From the NCBI GenBank assembly GCA_963714015.1, contig OY970223.1:2400001-2464000 (forward strand): a stretch of DNA of 64,000 bases, read 5' to 3'. The translations under genes and the position numbers were made by a program. A model generated the notes under the pieces. That model saw only the letters and a program-made list of their open reading frames with translations, was not told the DNA's origin and ran no database searches. This DNA is from Vulcanimicrobiota bacterium. GTDB lineage: Bacteria; Vulcanimicrobiota; Vulcanimicrobiia; Vulcanimicrobiales; Vulcanimicrobiaceae. Positions 54,671 through 64,000 of this stretch are shown piece by piece (position 1 is the stretch's first letter; every line of letters begins with the position of its first letter).

Positions 54671-56819
54671 CTAAGCCGTTATCATCGGCTCTTCTTCAGC
54701 CGCGGATTCACCCGGGCCGAGCTCGTACGCGCCGTAGTCGGAGCGCCGCGGAACCACTCGGTTCAGGACGAAGCCCAGGACGTTCTTCACGCCGACCTGC
54801 TGTAGCCGGCGCAACGCTCCTTTGGCTTCGCGCAGATCCGTCTGGCCGGCGGAGAGGACGACCACCGTTCCATCAACTTTACGTGAGACGACTGCCGCAT
54901 CCAGATTCACGCTGAGCGCCGCCGTGTCGACGATAATGCAGCGGTAATGTTCGGAAGCCTCGCGCAGCAATTCATCCATCCGCTGCGATTCGAGCAGTTT
55001 GATCGGGTTCGGCGTCGGCGTTCCGCTCGTCAAGATATCGAGACCCGGATATTTCGTGCGTTGCGAGACCTCCGTAAGACGCGCGCGTCCGACCAGAACG
55101 TCGGAAAGCCCACGCTCGTTCTTCATATGAAGTCTTCGTGTGAATCGAAGCTCGCCGCAGGTCTCCGTCGATCAACAGCACGCGCGGCTCCAACTCGGCC
55201 ATGGCAAGCGCAACGTTCACCGAGATCGTGGATTTGCCGTCGCCTTGAGACGGGCTCGTTATCACGAGCGTCTCGAGCTTCGAATCGCTTGCGTACTTGA
55301 TCGACGTTACGAGTTGCAGGAACGACTCCACGGTGAGCGTGCGAACCCAAGGAAGCGCGGCGACGCCGTTCCGCATCCGTACCAGCGGTATCTGCGCCAG
55401 CGCAGGCAGCGCCAGCTCCTCTTCGACCTCGCGCTCGTCCTTGATGCTTCCGTCAAGGTAGTCCAGGATGAACGCGCCGACAATCGCCAGGGTAAGGCCC
55501 AGCAACGCGCCCAGCAGCACATTCAGCATCAGGTTCGGTGACACGCGGGCGCTGTTGGGCGTAGCCGGTTGGGTGACCGTTACATCGCTCAGGGCGGTGT
55601 CGCGCGCGATGTTCGCGTTATTGAATTTCTGCTGCAACGCCGTGTAGACGTCTTGCGCCGACTGTGAGTTACGCTGCAGGTCCGCCAACACCGCCGCTTG
55701 CCCGGGCAGCCGCTGCAGCGTCGGATTCATGTCGTCGCGCTGGTGCCTGAAGGCGCCGATTGCCGCCGTGTCCGACGCTACCTGCGCCTGATACTGGGCC
55801 TGCTGCTGCTGCAGTTGCTGGTACAGCGGGTTCGGCACCGTATTGGTGCTCGCCGTAACGGTCGCTTGTTGTCTTGCGATCTCGTTCTGCAGTTGCGTCA
55901 CTTGCTGCTTGAGAGCAATTACGGTTGGATGTTGATCGGTGTACTGCTGCTCCGCGGTCTTCAGTTGCACTTGGACCTGCGAGAGCTGCGTTTCCAAATT
56001 TTGCAGCACCGGATTGGCCGCGACGGTCGTACCTCCGGTTATCGTCGCCGGCGTGTGGGACAGCTGTGAGGACACGCTGGCAAGTTGGGCGCGCGACTGC
56101 TCTTCATCCGCTTGAGTCTTCCCGATGTTGCCGTCGAGGGTGGCCAGAGCGGCGATATCGGACTGCGTTTGTGCGCTAATGTCCGTGATATGGTGGCTCG
56201 CTTCGAACGCGGCGAGTTTCATTTGCGCATTGTGCATCGTGCGCTGCGCCGACGGAAGCTGCGTCTTCAAGAAGTCGATGGCTTGCTCCGCCTGCGCGGA
56301 GACCAGTTGGCGCTGGCGATCGATAACGACGGAGCCGAACTCGTTTGCGACGAGCGCAGACGTCTTCGGGTTCGACCACGTAACGGACAGGTCGATGATC
56401 GACGTGTTCGTAATGGGCTTGACCGCCACATGCGTGAGCAGTGAGTGCGGCGACACCCCGAGCCCGAGGTTTTGCGAGACTTGCTGAGCGACGGGCGTTT
56501 CTTGGAACAGTTCGACGTACGTCTCGGCGCTCTGCACGCCGCCGGCTTCCAGCAGCGCATTCAGCACGGGCAGCTGACTGTTCAAGTCGCTGTTGTCGGA
56601 CGATGGCGCGGCGCTCGAGTTGCCGACGATCAATTTTACGTCCGTCGTGTAGCTTTTCGGTACGAGCAGCGAGAATACGATCACAAGCGCGATAAAGCCG
56701 AGGAAGATTCCGATCATCGGACGGATCCGCCGCTGCAGCGTGCGCACGATCCCGTGCAACTGCTGGGGCGTTTCGGCCGCAGTGGTCGACGCTGGTTGCC
56801 CAGCAGGAAGCGAATACAT
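54671..56819 (-). CDS. Wzc-type polysaccharide co-polymerase/tyrosine autokinase (frameshift ~55130)
   Basis: Two TMs, periplasmic coiled coil, YTDQHP, SPSQGDGKST, IDGDLRR, IIVDT, C-terminal DYGAY. Confidence 0.9.
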
Positions 56820-56839
56820 AAGGGTGAGTTCCTCCAGCT

Positions 56840-57754
56840 TTACGGGATGAATCGCGATAGGATGTAGAGCAGTCCCGTCACGACGGAATCACTGTGACGC
56901 GGGGCCGACTGCGGTACGTAGATCGTGTCGCCCTTCTCGAGCGCCACGTTCGCCGCGGGATCGTTGCCCTGAAGCGCCTTATAAAGGTCTATCTCTTCGG
57001 TCGACTGCTTTCCCGACGAGTCCGCGCGCATGAGCCGGACGTGATTTAGATCGGCTTGAGCGTTTGCGCTGTTTCCGGCCTTCGCGATCGCGATGGCCAA
57101 CGTGTCACCCTGGTTAACCTGAATCGCACCCGGATGGTCGACGGCACCCGTCACGTTCACGTAGAATTGCGTCGGCCCCGGAACGTAGACGACATCGCCT
57201 TCAGCGAGCCGTTCGTCCAGTTGCGTGTCGCCCCCGCGCAGCAGTTTTTGCAGCGAAACATTTTGGACGTGACCGGCCGAATCGGAGACCCGGGCGTTCG
57301 GATATGCACCGTCGATGTCGGGCAGCCCGCCCGCCGCAGCTATCGCGTCGGAGAGTTTCGCGTCGGAGGGCAGCTGATATTTGCCCGGATTCTTGACGTC
57401 GCCGAGCACCATGACGTTCGGCTGAGCGAGCTGGCTAATTGCAACCGTAACGACGGGGTGCCGCACGTATTGCAGAAGCCGCGACTTTAGCGTCTCTGCC
57501 GCTTGCGCCGGGGTCTTGCCGGCAACCGGAACTTGGCCGATGAGCGGGTAAGCGATCGTACCGTCGTTGAGCACCGTGACGTTCTGGGTGAGGCTCTGGT
57601 CGCCGTAGACTTGGACGCTCAGTTGATCGCCCGGATGGATCGTCGTTCCCGTACTCTGCGCAAAAACGAGCCCTTGTCCCAGGCAGGACGCGAGGAGCGT
57701 CATGACTACGAGTGCGAGCAAGCGATGAGTTTGTCGTAACACGGGGTTCCCCAC
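56840..57754 (-). CDS. Polysaccharide export protein (Wza-like, SLBB domains)
   Basis: IHPGDQLSVQV, DGTIAYPLIG, LGDVKNPGKY, GDVVYVP repeats. Confidence 0.9.
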   Translation of the reverse strand: MGNPVLRQTHRLLALVVMTLLASCLGQGLVFAQSTGTTIHPGDQLSVQVYGDQSLTQNVTVLNDGTIAYPLIGQVPVAGKTPAQAAETLKSRLLQYVRHPVVTVAISQLAQPNVMVLGDVKNPGKYQLPSDAKLSDAIAAAGGLPDIDGAYPNARVSDSAGHVQNVSLQKLLRGGDTQLDERLAEGDVVYVPGPTQFYVNVTGAVDHPGAIQVNQGDTLAIAIAKAGNSANAQADLNHVRLMRADSSGKQSTEEIDLYKALQGNDPAANVALEKGDTIYVPQSAPRHSDSVVTGLLYILSRFIP

Positions 57755-57929
57755 TTTCCAGTCGGCTCTGCTAATGGTACGCGCCGCTGAACTCTGCTCG
57801 TCAGATGGTATCGTCCCGCCCTGTTGAGCAAAAGGTCGTCCTCGGGGCGTCCGGTTAGTGCAGGAGGCCCAACGAGGTTTGCTCGCTTGGGTCTCGGCAC
57901 GCGGCCACGCTTTCTGTTAGAACGGGAAC

Positions 57930-58449
57930 ATGCGCATGGGCAACCCGTGGAAGGCGGCCGCAGTTGTGCTGCTGCTGGTGCTGGCAGCAGCAGCCCTACG
58001 GCATCACTACGCCCACCAGCGCGCGCTCGGGGTAGGCGACCGCCTCGTCCCGCTTTCATTTGACTCGCTGACCGGCGGCACGGTGACCATTGCGCCCTCG
58101 GGCCGGCCGCAGGTTATCAACGTCTTTGCGACGTGGTGCGGGCCGTGCCGGTTCGAGACGCCGCGGTTCGCGCACCTTGCCGATGAGTTGCTGGCGCGCG
58201 GGGTCAGCGTCATCGGCCTCGATCAACAGGAACCGCCCGCGGCGGTCGAGCGATTTCGCGCCGAGTTTTCGCTGCGGTATCCGGTGTACATCGACAACGG
58301 CGACGTCACGCATGCAGTTTTGGGCGCGCGCATGATTCCGGAAACCCTCTACGTCGACGCAGGCGGCACCATCCGCTGGATCCGGGAAGGGCCGCTGAGC
58401 GCGGCCGAGATTCGAAACTATCCGCGAGACCGCCGGGGCAGCCGTATGA
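57930..58449 (+). CDS. TlpA/ResA-like thiol-disulfide oxidoreductase (3' frameshift)
   Basis: N-terminal TM, INVFATWCGPC, IPETLYVD. Confidence 0.85.
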
Positions 58450-60310
58450 AGCGCGCGGTCGTCGTCGGCTTCGATTACTTCGCAAAGTTCTTGGCGGACC
58501 TTGATCAACGAGCATTCGTCTTCGTGGCGCCTCACCGCATTCGACAGTTCGCGCGTCGGGACGATGCGCGCGCTCTTTGCACTGCATCGAGCCGACGCGT
58601 CTGATTTGTTTCGGCGGTCCCGTCGCCGAACAGCGCATTGACCGAAGCGGCGCGCCGGCGAAACGTTCCCGTTTTCGTCATCTGGGCGGGCAGCGACGTA
58701 ATCAAAGCGCAAGAGGACCCGTTCGATTTAGAGATCATCAAGCAAGAAGGGTTCATTCATCTTGCCGTCGCGCATTGGCTCACCGACGAGCTGCGCGAAC
58801 TTGGCGTCGATTCGGAGTACATTCCGGCGAGCGCCGTACGCGACGATCCCGTCCTACCGCTCCCGCGCGAGTTTCGCGTGTTGACGTATCTGCCGGAACC
58901 GCGCCGCGATTTCTACGGCGCGCCGCTCGTTTATGACGTCGCTCGCGCCATGCCGGGCGTGCGATTCACGGTCGTCGGAAAAGGCGCACGCCCTCCGGAA
59001 GCTCCGGACAACGTCGAGTTTCTCGGGCACGTCACGGAAATGACCCGGACGATCGACGCATGCACGGTGCTGCTGCGCCAGCCGGAGCACGACGGCAAAT
59101 CGATGCTCGTGCTCGAAACGCTTGCGCGCGGCCGCCACGTCGTTTGGAATTACGAATTGCCCGGTGTCCATACCGCCCGCGGATTGGATGCCGTGCTCGG
59201 CCAGTTGCAGGAGCTTCGCCGGCTTCACGACGCCGGCGTCCTGCAAATCAACACGTTCGGCCGTGAGTACGTCATTGCAAATTTTAGGCGCAAAACGGTT
59301 GCCGACCGCCTCGAAGCGCGGCTCGACCGCGGCATTCGCGACAGCCGAAGCGCCAGCCGCGCGGCGCGCCGCGTTGCAATATCCGGTTTAGGGCTCTTCT
59401 GTGCCGAGATGGCGCAGGAACGTGAAGCAGTTTTGCCCGGAATGGGAACCGCGCGTCATGCGTACGGGTTCGCGCCTTGAAGTCCTAACGGCGATCAATG
59501 CGATACTGCTGGTGCGACGTCTGGTACTCGATCGGAAGCCCGATAACGGATCGCTGGGTGCATTTGCGCGGCACTCTCTCTGAGAAAACCGCACGTCGTG
59601 CATTGGGTCGGGTCGGATATCGCGTTTTTGAGCGAGTATCCGGGCATCCGCACCGCGCTTACGTCTCCCACTTACGTCGCACTTGGCCGAAGTCGAATGG
59701 ACGGCGGCGCAGCTCCGCGATCAAGGTTTTCAGGCGCGCATCGCACCGCTCCCTCCGCGACACAAGCCCGGCGGGACGCGCCCGCTTCCGGAGCAGTTTA
59801 CCGTAATGCTCTACGTGCCGCGCACGCGAGCCGATTTCTACGGACGACAATCCTTCAAGTTGCTGATGCGGCGCTTGGCCGACAAATCGATTCGCTATGT
59901 CGTCGTCGGCGGAGGCGACATCGATGCTCCCGCGGGAATATCGGTCGAGAACTTAGGCTGGCGCGACAATCTGCACAGCGTCTACGAAAACGCCACCGTG
60001 CTGATCCGCAATACGCCGCGCGACGGCCTCTCGTTGATGGTGCTCGAAGCGCTCTCGTACGGCCGGTACGTTCTGTGGACGCAAGATTTTCCGCACACGC
60101 GTGAGATTCACAGTTACAGTGACATGGAACGGGAGATTCGTGCACTCTATGCCGAGCACGAACGCGGCATCTTGCAGCCTCAAGCGGCGGCAGCGGAGAT
60201 GATCGCTGCACGCTACGGCGCCCGAGCGCTGCACCAAATCGATCGCGCAGGCGTGGACGGACGCGATTGCAGCCGGAGTCAAGACAAGCCTGGTGATGGA
60301 AACCCCATGA
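58446..60310 (+). CDS. Putative glycosyltransferase with two GT-B-like modules (several frameshifts)
   Basis: Modules WAGSDV...DFYG...DGKSMLVLETLARGR and WVGSDI...DFYG...DGLSLMVLEALSYGR. Confidence 0.65.
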
Positions 60311-61293
60311 TCGAACGCATCACCCTCGAGGAATGGCTGGCCTTCGACGCCGCGCATCCCGCGCCGACGTTTTTTGCGCGGCCGGCCTGGGCCAGGGCGC
60401 TTGCAAAATCGTACGGCAATATGGCTCCGGCGCCGCTGCGCGTGCGCGTCGGCGAAAAGTCTTTTATCCTGCCCCTTGTTCAGTTACATGGCGGAAGGCT
60501 ACGGTGGCGTGATTTTTGCGGATTTCCGCTCGGCGGCTACACGTGCTGCACGCGCGACGACGGCGCGCCGGCAACGACGGACGAATGGGATTCCGTACTG
60601 CAGCAGCTCGCGCGCTTTTGCGACACGTCAAGTTTCATCCCCTGGCCGCTGGCCGCGGGGCCGCGAGCCGGCATTGGAACGCCGCACGAAACCGGAGTCG
60701 TCGATCTCTCGCAGGGCATCGACGCTGCGCTTTCCGGAGTAGAGGGGATATTTCGCCGCATGGCCGGACAAGCGCAGCGCCGGGGCGTGATCTGTGCGCC
60801 ATCGCGCAGTCCGGACGCGGCCGACGTCTACTATGGTTTACTCGAGGCATCGGCAAAGCGCTGGGGATTGGACCGTCCGACGGTACCGAAGACGCTCATC
60901 GAGGCGATCGTCGAATACGGGGGAAACGACGTCGAGATCTGGTTTGCCCGGGCGGATGAGCGCGAGATTGCCGGCGGCGTGGTCTTTTACGGCGGGAAAG
61001 AGTTCTTTTTCTGGAGCGCGGCAATGCTCGCCGAATTCGGCCGTCTCCGGCCCAGCAACGCGCTGAATTTTGCGTTGATGCGCGCGGCCGCGGATCGCGG
61101 CATGCTTTGGTACAACTTGGGCTCGAGCGAAGGCCTTCCCGGCGTCGCGAGGTTCAAGCAAGAGATGGGCGCGCAAACCGTTGCCTATCGCGAGGTCCGT
61201 CTCACCGGCGTACGTTTCAATCTGTACACGCAACGTCCGGCGAATGCTCCGGGCTCCGGTCAGCGCTTAGACACTGGGAGGTTATCGAAATGA
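60307..61293 (+). CDS. GNAT/FemAB-like acyltransferase
   Basis: MIERITL start with ATGA overlap; RRMAGQAQRRGV, RPSNALNF, YNLGSS, GVARFKQEMGA. Confidence 0.8.
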   Translation: MIERITLEEWLAFDAAHPAPTFFARPAWARALAKSYGNMAPAPLRVRVGEKSFILPLVQLHGGRLRWRDFCGFPLGGYTCCTRDDGAPATTDEWDSVLQQLARFCDTSSFIPWPLAAGPRAGIGTPHETGVVDLSQGIDAALSGVEGIFRRMAGQAQRRGVICAPSRSPDAADVYYGLLEASAKRWGLDRPTVPKTLIEAIVEYGGNDVEIWFARADEREIAGGVVFYGGKEFFFWSAAMLAEFGRLRPSNALNFALMRAAADRGMLWYNLGSSEGLPGVARFKQEMGAQTVAYREVRLTGVRFNLYTQRPANAPGSGQRLDTGRLSK

Positions 61294-62347
61294 TCGCGCA
61301 AGCTCATCAAACCATCTCGGCCGGCGTGCAAAGACGCGCATGCCGTCTTCCGGAACGGCTGGGGCGGCAATGGCGCACGCTGCTGTTATGCGGAGACGTC
61401 GCCGTCGTGCTCTTCGTATCGACGGTGGTGCTGGACGGAGACGGCAATCGTTTTGCCGCCGCCGTTCTTGCCTGCGCCATCATCGTCGGCATCTTTTGGT
61501 GCTGCCGTCTCTACCGCCGTTCGTTTGCCGTAACGCCCATGGACGAGGCATACTACGCGTGCGCCGGCATGGCGCTCGCGGCGATCCCGGTTGCGCTTCT
61601 GCTGGCGGTGCTCGGAAGCTTTACGCTGCTGTCGATCGCGCTTACGCTGGTTTTCTGCACAGTGGGAACGTCCGCACTGCGCGTCCGGCTGCACCTCGAA
61701 CGCCGCTCGAGCATCACCGTACGCAGGATTGGATTCCATTACGCCGGGTGCCTGGCACGACCGCGAATCGGCATCGTTCCGCGTCGGAAAGCGAACGTTC
61801 GACGTCATCGTTGCGCTTCTGGCGACGATCGTCTTCATGCCGGTTATGCTCGTGGCCGCGGCCGCCATCACCATTGAATCCGGTTCGCCCGTGCTGTTCC
61901 GGCAGGAGCGCATGGGAGAAAACGGCAGGCCATTCTGGATTCTGAAGTTCCGAACGATGCGCCACAACGCCGGCGCGCAATGGGCAAAGCCGGGCGACGA
62001 TCGGATAACGCGCGTGGGCGCGCTGCTGCGGCGTACCAGCTTGGACGAACTGCCGCAACTCTTCAACGTTCTGCGCGGCGAGATGTCGATCGTGGGGCCG
62101 CGCCCGGAGATGGTAACCTTTGCGGCGTCGTTTTCACGCAACGTTCCGAACTACGAGCAGCGTCACGTCGTTCCGCCGGGTATCACCGGCTGGGCGCAGT
62201 TGTATCTTCGCCGTAACCTCGATCCCTCGGAGATCCCCGGCGTTCTTCCTTACGATCTCTTTTACGTGGAGCACGCGTCACGTGCTGCTCGATTGCGCTT
62301 TGCTGTTCAAGACGGCCGTCGAAGTGGCGTTTCATCGGGCGGTTTGA
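61290..62347 (+). CDS. Priming sugar-phosphate transferase (WcaJ-like; frameshifts)
   Basis: KRTFDV, LKFRTM, DDRITRVG, SLDELPQLFNV, GPRPE, PGITGWAQ. Confidence 0.92.
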
Positions 62348-63676
62348 TGTCGCTTACCAACCGGGTGCTTTACGACGGTCTCTTTACGTTTGGTCTGCGC
62401 GTTGTGAACATCGTCTGCGCGATGGGCCTGGGAATCTTGACCGCACGCATGCTTGGGCCCGCCGGAAAAGGTCTGTATGCGCTGCCCAGCGTGGAAGCCG
62501 GTTTGATCGTTTCCGGATTCGCTGGTCTCGGCAGCGCGATGACGTATTTTCTGCTGCATCGCAAAACCGGTCCCGGAATCTTGCGGCCGGCTTTGCTCGC
62601 CGGCGCGCTTTTCGTCATCGCCGGAGCGGCGGCCATCGTGCCGCTCGCGTTTTTCTCCGGTCAGCGCTGGGCTGCGCTGCCCGCGATTCTCTCCCTGCCG
62701 TCGGGAGTTGCAATATGCCTGGCAACCGGCTACGCGATCGGCGTCAAGCGGGTTCGGTACGCCACCTCGCTGACCGCTGCAGTAACGGTCACGACGTTCG
62801 CCCTGATGCTCTGCGGCTTCTTCCTGATCGCGCGCACGCCCGGGATCGCCATTGCCGCCTGGATAGCCGGAAACACCGCTGTTGCGATTCTAGCGATTGC
62901 CGCAATAGCGATTCACGCTCGCAAACTGGAAGGCAGCGATATCCCTAGTTTAGGAGAGTTCACGAAGTTCAGCGTCAAGGTGGGACTCGTGCAACTCGTT
63001 TCGCTGCTGAACTATCGCGCCGATCTCTATTTAGTTGCGATTATGACGACCCCGGCGGCACTGGGCGTCTACACCGTCGCCGTATCCGCTGCGGAGAGCT
63101 TACTGCTTCCCACGCAAGTTGCGTCTCTGGTGACGTCGCCGCATATCGGCTCGTTCGAACGCGAGCCGGCGGCTGCCCTGGCCGCGCGCTGCGTTCGCAA
63201 CAATCTTCTCGTCGCACTCGTCGTCTGCGCCGCCATCTTCGTGTGCTGTTCGCCCATCGTCAAGCTGCTCTACGGCCCGGCTTTCATGCCCGTCATTCCG
63301 GCCTTACGAATCCTCCTGGCTGGAGTCTTTGCGCTCTCGCTGGCGAGCCCGATATCAAGCTATTTCACCCTAAAGCTGGGTCGGCCCTGAAGTTGCCCTC
63401 TGGTTGGCGGCAGGAGCGGCGATTATCTGCATAGCGGTTACGGTGACCCTGCTCCCGCGCTTAGGAATCATTGGAGCCGCCACCGGCTCCACGGTCGCAT
63501 ACGTGACTGGACAAATTGCCGCAATTTTATACTTTGCGCGTGCGACGAAGATCTCGCTGCGGACGATCCTGCTTCCGACCAAAGAGGATATTCAGGTCTA
63601 TACGGCCTTTGCTTTACGCGTATTCCAAGATGGACATCGACTGCTGCGCAGGGAGGCGGTCGCCCGCCGCGGTTAG
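62347..63676 (+). CDS. Wzx-type flippase (frameshift ~63390)
   Basis: ARMLGPAGKGLYA, NYRADLYL, LGVYTVAV, GIIGAATGS; multi-TM. Confidence 0.85.
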
Positions 63677-63747
63677 GCCGACGTACCCAGCGTCCGTGCC
63701 CCTTGACCACTCACGCCGGTGGCGCAGTCCTTCGTACAATAATCCCG

Positions 63748-64000
63748 ATGGCCGTTAACATCAAATCGTGGGATCCGCAACAGCGGGCCACCGCGGTCGG
63801 CGTGGCTGTGATTGCCGTCTTGGGCATACTGGCCGCCTACGCCGAAGCCGCTTTCGGACACACGAAAACCGGCGTGGCACTTGCGCTCATTTTGACGATC
63901 GGGCCGCCGCTGCTGTACGCCGCGATCGTTCGGCCCGTCGTGTTTCCCTTTGCGCTGTATGCGATATTGACGCCGTTCGATACCCTGCTGGTATTTTCGC
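63748..64000 (+). CDS. Membrane protein, probable O-antigen ligase/Wzy family (partial)
   Basis: MAVNIKSWDP...LLYAAIVRPVVFPFALYAILTPFD; EPS context; TACAAT 7 nt upstream. Confidence 0.5.
   Translation, partial: MAVNIKSWDPQQRATAVGVAVIAVLGILAAYAEAAFGHTKTGVALALILTIGPPLLYAAIVRPVVFPFALYAILTPFDTLLVFS

Noticed and set aside
59683..63390. Apparent fusions GT-GNAT (59683-61293) and sugar transferase-flippase (61591-63390)
   Set aside because: Natural stop/start overlaps exist at 60307-60310 and 62345-62349; the fusions arise from indels

Overview
High-GC bacterial chromosomal window. The gene mix (PASTA kinase, PyrR, SpoIID, Rqc2 alongside MlaDEF and a secretin) points to a diderm Terrabacterium. 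Ca. Eremiobacterota/Vulcanimicrobiota is my guess, by inference only. Most of the window is minus-strand housekeeping: valS-pyrR-pyrB-pyrC-carA, a MoxR/vWA cluster, pdxH, an epimerase, carB, pbpA-pknB-ruvCAB-spoIID-pilZ-queA, gmk-rpoZ-glmS, rph-mlaEFD-rhomboid-panE. A Wzx/Wzy-type polysaccharide locus starts at the right end. Many essential genes carry single frameshifts, probably uncorrected long-read indels. Highlights: (1) a symmetric 11-6-11 dif-like site just upstream of a XerC/D-type recombinase; (2) next to it, an AT-richer island (~2.8-9.4 kb) with a decayed secretin, a divergent Lgt-fold protein, an Lnt, a lipoprotein and a matrixin-type metalloprotease fused to a possible TIMP-like domain; (3) three tandem ~129-bp palindromic units forming a translationally coupled 43-aa repeat ORF between pbpA and pknB; (4) a structured carB leader.
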